This document shows, piece after piece, positions 24,965 to 37,592 of a DNA stretch of 64,000 nucleotides. The first letter of the stretch is position 1. Each line of letters starts with the position of its first letter. Made by a program: the position numbers and the translations under genes. Source of the stretch: Camelus dromedarius (lineage: Eukaryota); the NCBI RefSeq assembly GCF_036321535.1, contig NC_087436.1, positions 109,866,001 to 109,930,000 of the forward strand, in the 5' to 3' direction. A model generated the notes under the pieces. It had not been told where the DNA came from and did not search any database. It saw only the letters and a program-made list of their open reading frames with translations.

Positions 24965-25390
24965 GAAGCATGCAGGGTTTAGAACTGGGCTGCTTTGGTT
25001 CAAATCCCAACTTAGCCACTTTCTAGTCATGGGAACTGATAAACATTTCTGTTTCTCAGTGTCCTCTTCGGTAAAATGGGAGTGCTGATATACCATCTAA
25101 GCTGGAAAAGCACTTTGAGGACAGTATGAGTCCTACTAATCTAACGTCTACTAACCATTAAGAACAGAGGCTGGCCCATGGTTAATGCTATAATAGTGTC
25201 TTCCAGTGTTACTGTGATGATAAGTGGCAAAGGTTAAGAGTCTGTGCTATACTAAGTACTTAATCCACATTATCTCATTTACTCTCCAGTCAACTCTAGG
25301 GGGATTGTGTATTTGAGAAAACAGACCTTAGAGATTTATAGCTTAGAGTTTTACAGTAGTAAACTAGAGAAGCCTGACTGACTCAAATTC
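24965..25390. mobile_element. two MIR fragments (plus, then minus)
   Basis: ggttcaaatcccaac, ctcagtgtcctcttcggtaaaatggg, then cacattatctcatttactctc. Confidence 0.6.
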
Positions 25391-27254
25391 GTAGAACAAT
25401 AGTAGAATGAGAAGATTTAAGTCTACTTTTCTCATTGAATAAATGTAAATAAGGGGGAATGGCTTCTAAAGCACAGACATCTACAAACATCATAATATAC
25501 GTTTGCATAAGGACATGCTTCCTAAGCACAGGAAATGTTTGCAAAAATACTTCTATTTAAATACACTGTCTCCTTTAAAACCATCAGGAATACTTTACAC
25601 CTTAGAACATATGGTAATTCGGGTCAGAAGCACATTTCAGTAGCATTGATCATGCAGCCAGCATTTTTTCATCATGCTTGCCCATTTGTATGGACTATTT
25701 TTGGAAAATTAAAGGTGTAGTTGCTTAATGATACTTTTTTGTTTCCTTGGAATTATTTCTGATACTTCTCAGAATACTCACTCTTAAATTAAATGTATGG
25801 CATATTATGGAGGTTGTTTGGGCTTCTTTGTGGCATTTTTATCTTGCTTAACTTCTTTTCCAGGTTATTGATTTCTTACTGCATTTTACCGCATCATCAC
25901 TAATTTTTACATGGAACTGTTATAGGATATTTTAAAAAAGATTTTACATCATAATAACAGGGAATAATGTAAGTATAGAACTTGAGTCATCAAAGCATTT
26001 GTAGAAGGTCCAATACAAGTAAATAACTGTGTGGCCAAGTAATACTAATCATTGTTACTGTCATTTCTCTTTAATGTATAAGTGACACTTCCTTGTGACA
26101 ATATTAAATTACAGTATATTATTTACTTGAATTGCAATTTTGGAATCTTTATGATTCTTGATGAATTTTGAAGATTTGGGGAGCATCACATAATTTCAAA
26201 TTGGGCACATAAAATTATATCTTTATATTATATTATGCAATTTTATTTCAGAGTCATACAAAATGCTTCTATAGAGCTAATGACTCTGTATTGTTTTTCC
26301 ATATCCCCCTCGAGTTAACCTCATGATTCTTTACTTGTTGCTCTTTGCATTGATTTCATTTGAACATTTTGACATTTGGAGCAAAATGCCCTTTTTGGTG
26401 CAAGATATCTAACACTTCTGTCTTCTGGGCAAAAACACCAGTAACCCTAGATATTGTGATGACCAAAATGCCTCCATCCCATTTCACAAAGCCCTGTAGG
26501 GAATTAAAATAACTTCCTTTCAAAATCATTGGATGCCAAAAAGCCATCTCTCCCTGTCAAACCTCCTTGTACATTTCTTCTTTTCTGAGGGCATTTTCAT
26601 TCAGGTCTACTCTTCCTTCCAATGTGATAAGGGCAGAAGAAAGTGAAGTGATAGAAGACGAAGTAACTGTCTAAGGGATGAATGCTTAGAAAAAATTCAG
26701 AGAGGAATCTGGAGGGCAGATCAAACCACATGAATAGTAATAGAAGAAAAATTAGTAATAACTTGAACAAATTCTGCATACCAGGCACTACGTTACACGG
26801 CTTACGTGAATTATTTTGTGCCTTTCTTTTCACAACAAACCTGTGATCAATACAAGTTATATCCTAATTACATAGCGCATGGAATGATTACACAGTGTTT
26901 GGCATGAATTAGTGATTGCTCAGCTTTGTTAATTTCAGAGAAAAGGAACAGAAATAACTTAAGAAGGAAGGAAGTGCATCACAGGACAAAAGAGAAAGAA
27001 AGAAGGCCTTGCCCTTCAGAGATTCAGAAATAATGTTAAAATGACTTTGAACCTCAAGGATGCGGTGATTAGTAAAACTTGATTTAAATTTCCTAAGTAT
27101 TTTTAAAAAGGAAATGCAAGTAAGTGTTCAACCAAAGATTGGGAGAACCAAGCTAGAGAATGCTGTTCTTATAGCTTCAGAGAGCTGCTTAAACCAGTTT
27201 TACTTGGAAATCAAAACTGCTTTTAGCAGGTCTAGAAATTACACAGATAGGACA

Positions 27255-27575
27255 TCTGATAAATAGCCAGATGACAAAGTTGATATTCAAAATATTTCTC
27301 AACAGGCTAAAAACACCAAGTCAAAACAAACACGTGGAAACATAAATGCAGAGTCCTTCATTTTGCTTCAGAAATTCACTCATGTAAATATAGGATGATG
27401 GAGAGCCTGTTGGAAAACAGAACGTGCAGTCACAATCTTGGGGATACAACTATAGTCTGTGGATGCAAAAAAAAAAAAAAAAAGACAGCTTAGACAAATT
27501 TAGATTGCATTAATAGAAGCCAAGTATCCGGATCACAGGAAGCAACATTTTTATTATACTCTGCTATAGACCACA
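27255..27575 (+). mobile_element. CR1/L3 LINE fragment (degraded RT C-terminal region)
   Basis: aaatgcagagtccttcatttt, aaatataggatgatggagagcctg and ttgcattaatagaagc...ttatactctgc are typical of L3. Confidence 0.65.
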
Positions 27576-28239
27576 TAAAGCAATCACAGTGATAAAGCTG
27601 TTGTTGGGTTTTTGAATTACTACTAAACAGGGCAGAGATGGGTGCTGGTAGCTATATATGTGTCATGATTTTTTTTTTTAAGCTATGGCTGTCACATCTA
27701 ATGTGCAGCATATGTGTCGGTACTCCATGATTAGAGCCCATGAAAAACATTGGGAAGTGATCATGGCCCTCAAGCCACTGAGATCATATGCTTCTTGGAA
27801 ATTGTCTTGAGGCAGTACTTTGAGCAGCCACTACAGATTGACTGGGCTTGTCATAAAATATGTCACATTTTCACATCCAGGATTTATGGTAACACTGTGT
27901 GACAATTCTACTTTTCATTATTTGAGTTAGAGATTTGTCTTGGGTAATTTAATAATAATTATTATTATGACTATTGGCCATTAAAATATTTTTATATGTT
28001 ATTATGGCTATCTGGCTTTTCTAAAAAATATTACATTCAGTAATCTTAGTTTAATTATGAATTTCTGAAAACCACAATGATAAGAGACTTGAGGAAGTGG
28101 AGGAGGGTGAGAGTTGAAGAGATTCATAACTAATGAGGAAAGAACCAATAAGGTCAGTATCAGAAGTAAACAGACACAAACACACACATACATGCACATA
28201 CCTGAGTGTGGGTGTGTATGTGTGTGTGTGCCTGTAACA

Positions 28240-28800
28240 TATTCCAGCTGGATCTCTGTCGTGACATGACTTTGTACTTTGTACTTTTCCCATGAATCCC
28301 TTCTCTGTGTGGTTCCAAATGAGAGATGTCTCCAAGTGAGATTTGCATGAGCTTAGGAAAGAGTTGAAGGAAGAGTAGGCCTTACACTTGGGAGGCAGGT
28401 ACAGGGGGCTCAGCACCATGGCATTTTACATGCATCTTCTGTTGTGCTGGATCCCCTGATTGGTGGAGTTGGCCCCAAGACTCATAGCTCCTCCCTCTTC
28501 CAGCAGGCCTCTCCTTTCAACTTCTCCAAATCCCAGGTCAGGTGCATGGTCAACTTCATTGGCATAAAGTGACAGATTCTCCTGCAGGTCACTTGTACCA
28601 TCAAGGTTGGAGATGGCAAGAGACTGATGTGGACTCCTAATTGTCCTCATGGGTTTCCCCAGGGTCTTTGTTCTCCTCCACTTAAATTCTTCTTTCTATC
28701 TGCTGGCCCAGCTAACCTATTGAGTGTCCACACTCCTGACACCAAAAACAAAAGAGATGATCTTGGGTAGACTTCTCATCCAGCCTGCTTTTTTATTTTT
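28240..28800 (-). mobile_element. old ERVL-class LTR remnant (LTR33/LTR16-like)
   Basis: atgaatcccttctctgtgtggttcc and ggtcacttgtaccatcaaggttggag. Family uncertain. Confidence 0.4.
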
Positions 28801-28985
28801 TTAATTCAGAGCTTTGATTCTTTGACACACAATCTCTTCGTAGAAGAGTCCAGTTAAGGTTAATATAGATATTTTAGGAGCTCGAGAAGATTAAAGCCTT
28901 ATGTCTACCACTATCCTTTCCCCACTACCTTTTCTTCCACTGGAATTTATGTTTACTTGAAAGCCTTCCAAAAACTATTTCTGCC

Positions 28986-29820
28986 TGTGAAATAATAAGA
29001 AATATTTATATAGATCTCTGTCCCCAGTTTGTAACACAGAGTTCCTAAAACCCTCGTTAATAAGGGTGCGAGGAGAATCTTATGTTCTAATAGTTAGTCT
29101 TTGACCCTGGTTTCTGACATAGAGCTCCAAAACCCTTGGAATTTCCTGGGTGTGAGGAACATCTTTTGTTCTAATGAGGCAATTCTTGGTGGGCTTCTGG
29201 ATGGAGACAGGTCACCAGAAAGACCAAGCCACTGTTAGAAGCTCAGAACTTTCATTCCTACCCCTGATTCTTCAGAGAGGGGAGAGAGGTCAGAAGTAGA
29301 GTTAATAACCGACCATGCCTATAGGATGAAACCTCCATTAAAATTCCTGAAGTAGAAGGTTCAGAGAGCTTCCATGTTGGTGAATACATCTGTATTCCTT
29401 CCTATGAATCCCTTTATCAGGCTGTTCATTTGTGTTCTTTATCATATCATTTATTATATAATAAACTGGTATTTGTAAGTAAGTGTTTTCTTGAGTTCTG
29501 TGAGCTACTCTTTCACATGATTGAATGTGAAGAGGGGATCTTGGGAATCTCTGATTTATAGCCAGTGGTTAGCACCACAGGTGACAACCGGAACTTGCAT
29601 CTGACATCTGAGGTGGGGAAAGGAACCTTATGGGACTGAGTCCTTAACCTGTGGGGTCTGCACTAACTCTGGTTAGTGTCAGAACTGAGTTGAATTGTAA
29701 GATATCCAACTGGTGCTACAGATAATTACTTAGGGGGAAAAATACATCTAGTGTCAGAAGTGTTGTGACTGTGGTTGTAGTGTGAGAGTAAAGGAAAAAT
29801 AATTAAGTTTTTCCTAAACA
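28986..29820 (+). mobile_element. MER21-like solo LTR
   Basis: TG...CA ends; cagagctccaaaacccttggaatttcctgggtg; ggtcaccagaaagaccaagcc; gtaagtgttttcttgagttctgtgagc; tgggactgagtccttaacctgtggggtctgcactaactc. Confidence 0.85.
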
Positions 29821-30544
29821 ATGTCTATCTTTGTTAAAAAAAAAAACTAAGATATAATAAACACTGAAGTAGACTTATTATTACATGAATTTATTCACCA
29901 CCACCCTCTAAATCCTCTTTCCTCTATTCTGTTGGTAAGAGAATTAAACACCTGTCTCTTGTCATATACATAAACATGTCCTCTATGGAGGAATATAAGC
30001 CCATGCCTCACTAACTTTGGGCATGTCATGTGACATGCTTTAGAAAACAGAATGTGAAGATTTCCACTGTGCCATTTCCAAGCAAAAGCAATATGAAACA
30101 TCTTGAGTCTGTACCAGAGCCTTCTATCCCTCTACCACAAGAATGGGCAAATCTAGTAAAATGGCTGTTTTTTCTTTTTTTTAACATGGATAGTAAAATT
30201 AATAAAGACATGGAAAAGAACTGAAACCAACTTTATACTTCACAAGAAATGAATCTTTGCTTCCAAGTCTCCAAGACTTTAGGGATTATTTATTACACAG
30301 CATAACCTACAACAAGCTGACTAATCCACTTTTTTTTTATCTTGCTTTATTAAAGAGAGAAACTTAAACATAATTCAGTTATTCTTTTCTAAATCTATCT
30401 TTACTATATTGAAACCATCATATGAGTTTTCTTCTTGAACTAGCCTACCTAGGAATTTGAGTCATGCCTGTAACTAATACTTATTTCTGGATCAATTACT
30501 TACTCAAGGAGGTTAAATATAAAGTGGTAAGCATATCTCTCCAA

Positions 30545-30670
30545 GTCTAATGCTTTGTGATCTTGGGAAAATTTCTTAACTTCTCTGGGCCATTTTTCAA
30601 AACAAAGCTTCATTTGTTTTGAAAAATGGCATTACTGTAAACACTTCTTAGAATCACTTTGGAGATATAA
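30545..30670 (+). mobile_element. MIR fragment containing a perfect 18-bp inverted repeat
   Basis: tgtgatcttgggaaaatttcttaacttctctgggcc; inverted-repeat arms at 30589-30606 and 30613-30630. Confidence 0.65.
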
Positions 30671-32491
30671 GAAAACTAAGCCTCAGCTTCATAATTAGTG
30701 TTATTTAAGATATTTTAATATCATAAAAACAGCAAGGCCTGCTAGACATGAGGAAATTTGCCCCTCTAACCTTTGAAGTATAGTTTGGTTTATTAATAAT
30801 AAAAATACAATTTATTGAGTTCTTATGCACTAGGCATAGTTCAAAGTGCTTTACAATCTTATTATTTTATTCCTAACAACAACTACCATGGTTAGATCAA
30901 ATTAACCATGATCTTAACTTAGATCGAACTAAATTGCTAAGAAAATTTTATTCAAAAGGGACTTTCAAAGACAAGGACACAGATTTGCTTAGACTACTAA
31001 GTTACACGTTAACTACAGAACAAAAAAAAATCTTTGCCAGGCCTAAAAAAAAAAAATCCAGGTAAAATGTATGGCACATTTTTGGTTAGAGTTTACAAAA
31101 TTCTATCTGGATGTAGTTATGATGATTTTTGTACTAGAGCAAATGGCTTCCACATTTGCTCATATATGTATAATTTATTTAGATAGGTGTCAGAATTTTT
31201 ATATAATTTTCTCAAATCTGACTTTCTTTGGTAAGACAGTAACTAATGATATAATCGTTGGTCAGGTTGACACTTCCCATGTGGTAAAAATTAGTATCTG
31301 GCTAGTAACAGTGTCACAGCAGTGTCACTTTTAAAAACTATCACTGTTCACAAGTGCAAAGACTATCTTGCTGAAAAAATGTCACAATCTCTACACATGT
31401 GGCTGAGTATATAAGATAATTTAACAGCTCTCACAAAAATGTATCTGGATTGAAATATAATTTTATAATGGACAGAAATATAAGTATCTGCAAGCACAAT
31501 GTGAAGAACAGAGTATCGCCTGAAACAGTTTTACAGGAAAATAATGTGATGGAAAACTTATACATTTATTTCTCATAAGAATCATAACTTTACAGCTAAT
31601 TAAACTCATTGTTTAGGGTTCCAATCAAGATGGTAGTATAGAAGGACATGGAGCTCACATCCTCCCACAAATGTATCAAAAATACATCTATGTTTGTAAT
31701 AATTCTCACAGAATACCTATTGAAAACTGGCAGAATATCTCAGACAACCAAAACTAATAAAGATCACTGTGTAACTGGGTAAGACAAAAGGTAAAAAAAA
31801 GGTCCTGGCCACCTCACTGCATTCCCCAACTTGAGACGCATGTCTGCTGGTAGGCATGAGGGCTGAAAACTTGGGCTTCAAAGAACAGACCCAAGAAGAG
31901 GACTGGCGTTAGCTGTGGGAAAGCAGCCTGAAGGGGCTGGAGTGTGGTACAAGAACCTGAGCTTGCCATAGAAACACCATTGTTAATGGCGCACTAAGGG
32001 TAGGCTGAGGCCCCCACATAGCAGCCTCACCCTCAGTGTGCTCACAGCAGGAACGGCTCTGCCTCCACAAGCTCTGGGGGTGTGCTAGTGTTGGTGGGTT
32101 GCACACAAATGGGGCAGGGCTGAAATCTGAGCTGACTCCCAGGGGCCACATGAATTAGACAGAAGGGTTGAAATCTGAACCCTCTCCCTGTGGTTGTAAG
32201 ATCCCTGGACTTATGCTGTCATGAGGGCCTTTGTAAACTCAATGCATGTGGGACATCTGAGCAGATTATGGGTGCTCCTGTGGCTGGGGTGGGTCTGGCA
32301 CAGCAGCTGCAGTCTTTGCAGGCGCACATACATGGAAGTGTGGCTGGGGTCTGGGCTGCTTTTGTAGCTCTCAAGGCAGATTCAGGTGCATGACTACTGA
32401 GGTCCTGGTTCTTGACTTCAGTGGATCAGTGCCTATGGATCTGCACTGGTGGCTTTATGAGCACAAAATCAACTGGAAAATAAGATTTAAA

Positions 32492-33632
32492 AAGGCAATA
32501 AATACATATCTACTAATAATTATCTTAAATGTCAATGGACTAAATGCTCCAATCAAAAGTTATAGAGTGGAAAGTTGGATAAATAAAACAAGAGCCTACA
32601 ATATGCTGCCTCAAGAGACTCACTTTAGAGCAAAGGGTACACATAGAGTAAAAGTGAGGCGGTGGGAAAAGATATTTCATGCAACAGAAATGACAAGAAA
32701 GCAGGGGTAGCAACACTCACATCAGAAAAAAATAGACTTTAAAACAAAAGCCATAAAGAAAGATATAGAAAGATGCTATATAATGATAAAAGGATGAATG
32801 TAAGAATAGGATATTACACTCATTAACATAAATGAACCTAATATAGGAGCACCTAAATACATGAAACCCATACTAACAGACATAAAGGGAGAAATTGATG
32901 CGAACAGTAGGAGAATTTAACACTCCACTAACATCAATGGACAGATCTTCCAGACAGAAAATCAATAAGGCAAAAGACATACTAAATGACACAATAGAAC
33001 AGTTAAACTTAATTGATATTTTCAGGACATTACATCCCAAAAAACCAGAATGCACATTATTTTCTAGTGCACATGAAGCATTTTCAGGATAGAGCATATA
33101 CTCAAACACAAAACAAGCCTCAGCAAATTTAAGAAGATAGAACTTATTCAAGTATTTTTTTTTTCTGACCATAATGGCATGAAACTTGAAATCAACCACA
33201 GAAAGAGAAATGAGAAAAAAACAATTTCATGGAGACTAAACAACATGCTAATAAAAAACCGATGGGTCAACAATGAAATTAAAGAAGAAATTGAAAAAAA
33301 TACCTTGTGACAAAAGACAATGAAAACACAACCACGTGAAATCTATGGGATGCAGCAAAAGAAATCCTTAAAGGGAAGTTCATAGTGATACAGGCATTCC
33401 TCAAAAAACAAAGAAAAACCTAAAATAAACAACCTAAACTATCATCTAAAAGAATTAGAAAAAGAAGAACAAATAAGCCTAAAGTCAGCAGAAGGAAGCA
33501 AATATTACAGATCAGAGAGGAAATTAATAAAATAGAGATAAAAAGCAATAGAAAAAGTCAATAAAACCAAGAGCTGGTTCTTTGAAAGGGTAAATGAAAT
33601 TGACAAACCTGTGGCCAGGCTCACTAAGAAGA
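32492..33632 (+). pseudogene. disrupted L1 ORF2p (APE-like endonuclease and following region)
   Basis: Peptides AINTYLLIIILNVNGLNAPIK..QETH, VGEFNTPLTSMDRSSRQKINK..LIDIFRTLHPK and [11 protein letters not shown], with many frameshifts and stops; the start ATG is mutated. Confidence 0.9.
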
Positions 33633-34855
33633 AATGAACTTATTTACAAAACAGAAACAGACTCACAGACACAGAAAACAAACATATGGTTACCAGGGGG
33701 AAAGTGTATGAGAAGGGGTAAATTGGGAGTTTGAGATTTGCAGATACTAACTACTATATATAAAATAGATAAACAACAAGTTTATACTATATAGCACATG
33801 GAACTATATTCTTTTTTTTTTTAACATTTTTTTATTGATTTATAATCATTTTACAATGTTGTGTCAAATTCCAGTGTTCAGCACAATTTTTCAGTCGTTC
33901 ATGGACATATACACACTCATTGTCACATTTTTTTCTCTGTGAGTTATCATAACATTTTGTGTATATTTCCCTGTGCTATACAGTGTAATCTTGTTTATCT
34001 ATTCTACAATTTTGAAATCCCAGTCTTTCCCTTCCCACCCTCCACCCCCCTGGTAACCACAAGTCTGTATTCTCTGTCTGTGAGTTTATTTCTGTCCTGT
34101 ATTTATGCTTTGTTTTTGTTTGTTTGTTTGTTTTTGTTTTTGTTTTTTAGATTCCACATATGAGCGATCTCATATGGTATTTTTCTTTCTCTTTCTGGCT
34201 TACTTCACTTAGAATGACATTCTCCAGGAGCATCCATGTTGCTGCAAATGACATTATGTTGTCGGTTTTTATGGCTGAGTAGTATTCCATTGTATAAATA
34301 TACCACATCTTCTTTATCCAGTCACCTGTTGATGGTCATTTAGGCTGTTTCCATGCTTTGGCTATTGTAAATAGTGCTGCTATGAACAATGGGGTGCAGG
34401 TGTCATCCTGAAGTAGATTTCCTTCTGGATGCAAGCCCAGGAGTGGGATTCCTGGGTCATATGGTAAGTCTATTCCTAGTCTTTTGAGGAATCTCCATAC
34501 TGTTTTCCATAGTGGCTGCACCAAACTGCATTCCCACCAGCAGTGTAGGAGGGTTCCCCTTTCTCCACAGCCTCTCCAGCATTTGTCATTTGTGGATTTT
34601 TGAATGACGGCCATTCTGACTGGTGTGAGGTAAAAGCTATATATGACAAACCTACAGCCAGCATAGTACTCAACGGTGAAAAACTCAAAAGCTTCCCACT
34701 AAAATCTGGAACTATATTCAATATCTTTTAGTAACCTATAATGAAAAATAATATGAAAATGAATATATGTATGTTCATGTATGACTGAACTATTATGCTG
34801 TACACCAGAAATTGACACAACATTGCAAACTGACTATACTTCAATTAAAAAAAAA
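33633..34855 (+). mobile_element. short L1 3'UTR fragment inserted into host ORF2, itself split by a younger L1
   Basis: aatgaacttatttacaaaacagaaacagactcacagac...tggaactatattc, then ...aatatc...gactatacttcaattaaaaaaaaa. Host ORF2 is contiguous across it. Confidence 0.85.
33812..34706 (-). mobile_element. younger LINE-1 with 5' inversion and perfect 13-bp TSD
   Basis: TSD tggaactatattc at 33799-33811 and 34707-34719. Open ORF2 C-terminus with Cys-rich motif ([27 protein letters not shown]). Inverted RT piece at 34631-34706 ([25 protein letters not shown]). Confidence 0.95.
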
Positions 34856-36254
34856 GAGAACTCAGATAAACAAAATAAGAAGTGAAAAGGGAGACACACT
34901 TCTAATTAGATATTATTATTATTATTAAAAAGAGAGAAATATAAATTCATGTCATGTTGGTATAACATGACTAAAGTCATACAGAAAATTAATCATGAAA
35001 CCACATGAATCTATTTTTATTTCATCACTCACATGTTTTCCTCTTATAACATAAGTAACAAAATTTTTCATCATGGAGGAATCTCAGTTAGAAAGTATCT
35101 GTTTATTTTCACCCTGTAAGATACAATTTATGAAAACAGCACTGGCTGAAAAACACAAAGCATATATTTTCTGATTCTATTTAAAAATGCATGGAGAAAA
35201 ATTGCTTCCCTTTCAAGGGAAATACTACACAATTTAAGCAGAGCAGTTCTCCTACAGTGTGAGTTTCCAGGGTAAATAGGATAATTGGAATTTGACTAAT
35301 AAGAAAACATTATTTGTTTTACACAGACTATTACTGGTTGCAATATAATCAAAATCTGAATCCAGGGAATGTGAGAATAATAATTTTATTTTCCCGTGAG
35401 GAAAAATAGGGGCCCAGAGGTATTTCTGGGCTTATTGTTCTGTTAACATCTTTTTATTTACTTATTTTTCTTTTTTAAACTTTTAATGTGGTTTTACTTT
35501 TGCTTTATCTTTGGTAACTGTGAATAATGCAACAATCTAAATTACGAGGTCAAGGTAAAAGATAACAGCAGAAACTGAAATATCTGGAAAATTTAAAGAC
35601 TAAGGAAAAAACACTTTATTTATTAGATGTATTTTGTTTAATCAAGTTATTATTTTTGAATACCATAACAACATAGTAAAGATGTGACATATTCCTTTGT
35701 ATAAAGAATTCAAAACTCCCTGAAGAATTTCCTTTTTTCTCTTAAAACTTATTATTTCTTATGCAATTTCGCTTAGAAATGCAACTATCATGTTATGAAA
35801 GAACACACTTCATGACAAAAAATGCAAGATGTCTAATGTGCATAGTTATATTTGGTTCATTTCTCTTGATGCTATTTTTTCCCCAATTTTTCATGAATAT
35901 ATTATTTTTATTTTACTTTATTTTTACATTATAAAGAAGCCTATTGGAAAACTCAATTTGGATTTAATGAGTCTCAAGCAGCCTTTCAGCGTGTTACACC
36001 ATATTGACATTAGTCAGCCTCTCCCATAAGGTTTGGTGTCTTTTTGCTTTTTAAAAAGTTGTTACAGACTAAGTTTCTAAAATTGCTCTCTAAACCCAAG
36101 ACATCATATTCACCCGTTATCTATAACAAAAACAATGATTCTTTCTCAGACATATACCAATTGCATTTTACCTTTAGCGTGGAAGCAGTGGCATTCTATT
36201 CAAACTTAGGTACCTTTATTTTTTTTTACTAATAAGAAATGGAAAAATATCTTT

Positions 36255-36711
36255 TATATTAGTCAGCATTTTCCAGAGAAACAGAATCCAAGGATACATA
36301 TTTATTGATTTAACTTAAGGAATTGACTCACAATTATGGAGGATGGTAGGCCCCAAGATTTTCAGCAATCAAGCAAGAGACTCGGAAGCAATGATGATGT
36401 GGTTCCAGGTTAATGGCCTGTAAGCTCAAGACTCAAGCTGGTATTTTGGTTCAAGTCCAAAGGCAGGAAAAATCTGACGTCCCAACTTGAAAGCAGTGAA
36501 AAGGAAGAAATTACTCTTTTTTGAAAGAAGTCAGCCTTTATGTCCAATTTAGGCCTTCAGTTGATTTGATGAGTTCCATCCACATTAGGGAGGGCAATCT
36601 GCTTTGCTCAGTCTGTGGATTCAGATACTAATTTCATTCACAAATGCCTGCACAGACACACCCAGGACAATAGTGGCCTAGTCAAGTTGACATATAAAAT
36701 TAGGCATCACA
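36255..36711 (-). mobile_element. MLT2 (ERVL) solo LTR
   Basis: tattagtcagcattttccagagaaacagaa...cacattagggagggcaatctgcttt...gtcaagttgacatataaaattaggcatcaca; flanked by cttt on both sides. Confidence 0.9.
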
Positions 36712-37084
36712 CTTTAAATCTTTCACTTAAAAATATTTTCTAGGCTGTTAGGGAGGAGAGCAAAGTTCACTCTGATGACACTCCATCACCAACAATGATC
36801 TATTATTTTTCCACTTCCTGTATTTTATTTGATAGAGTGGCTTAAAAAGATACCCTGAATGAGAATCAGGACTTCACAGGTAACCATGGACACGTTGCTT
36901 AACCTGTGTAAGCCTCATTCACTTGTCTGGGAGATGGAATATTAATTATATTCATCTCATCAATTGTTGTGAGAATTAAGTGAGGATTGCCGCATCCTCC
37001 CCTCCCCCACTATTCCCACCATACACAAATGCTCTCTCTCAATCCCTTCACCTTACTTTTAAAATCTTTTTCCTTGGAACTTAA

Positions 37085-37590
37085 TCTATTTCTCAATGAT
37101 ATATTGCTGTGTAAAGATCACCCCAAAACTCAGAAACTTAAGATGACAACTGTAGCATTTGTCATTGTTCTGTGGATTAGCTGGGTTCAGCTGTGCGGTT
37201 CTTCTGCTCTGCGGTGTTGGGTCAGGTGGCCTCTGCAGCTGTATTCATGTGGGAGTCAGCTGGGAGTTGGAATGTGAAAGACGACCTCACGGGTCTACCT
37301 GTTGGTTGGTACTGGTTGCACTTGGGATGCTTCAGTCATCCTTCATGTTACCATTCTTCCTCCAGAAGTCTGGGCCTGCTTCCAGTTCAAAGCATGGCAG
37401 CTGGATTCCTAGAGAGCAAAGACAGAACCTATCAGATGCTTTATAGGCTAATCCTGATAGTGGCACAGCCTCACTTTCAACTCATGTTATTGTTCAAAGC
37501 AAGTCACATGGTCAGTCTGGCTACAAAGGTAAATGGACTCCACCTCATGATGGGATGAGTAGCATGTACCACTGGAGAGAACAGGAACTG
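37085..37590 (-). mobile_element. MLT1F/H-like solo LTR
   Basis: tattgctgtgtaaagatcaccccaaaactcag, ctgggttcagctg and caaagcaagtcacatggtcag. Confidence 0.75.
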
Positions 37591-37592
37591 CT

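Larger units (their letters stand above)
31616..34895 (+). mobile_element. rearranged LINE-1: 5'UTR joined to ORF2 N-terminal part, no ORF1, 3'-truncated, host of two nested L1 insertions
   Basis: 5' end caagatggtagtatagaaggacatggagctcacatcctcccac; GC-richer 5'UTR to ~32461; ORF2 from ~32492; ORF2 resumes after the nested elements at 34856-34895. Confidence 0.85.

Noticed and set aside
31616..34855. A single L1 running from 5'UTR to poly(A) with RT deleted
   Set aside because: Host ORF2 resumes after the poly(A) at 34856, so the 3'UTR belongs to a separate nested insertion.
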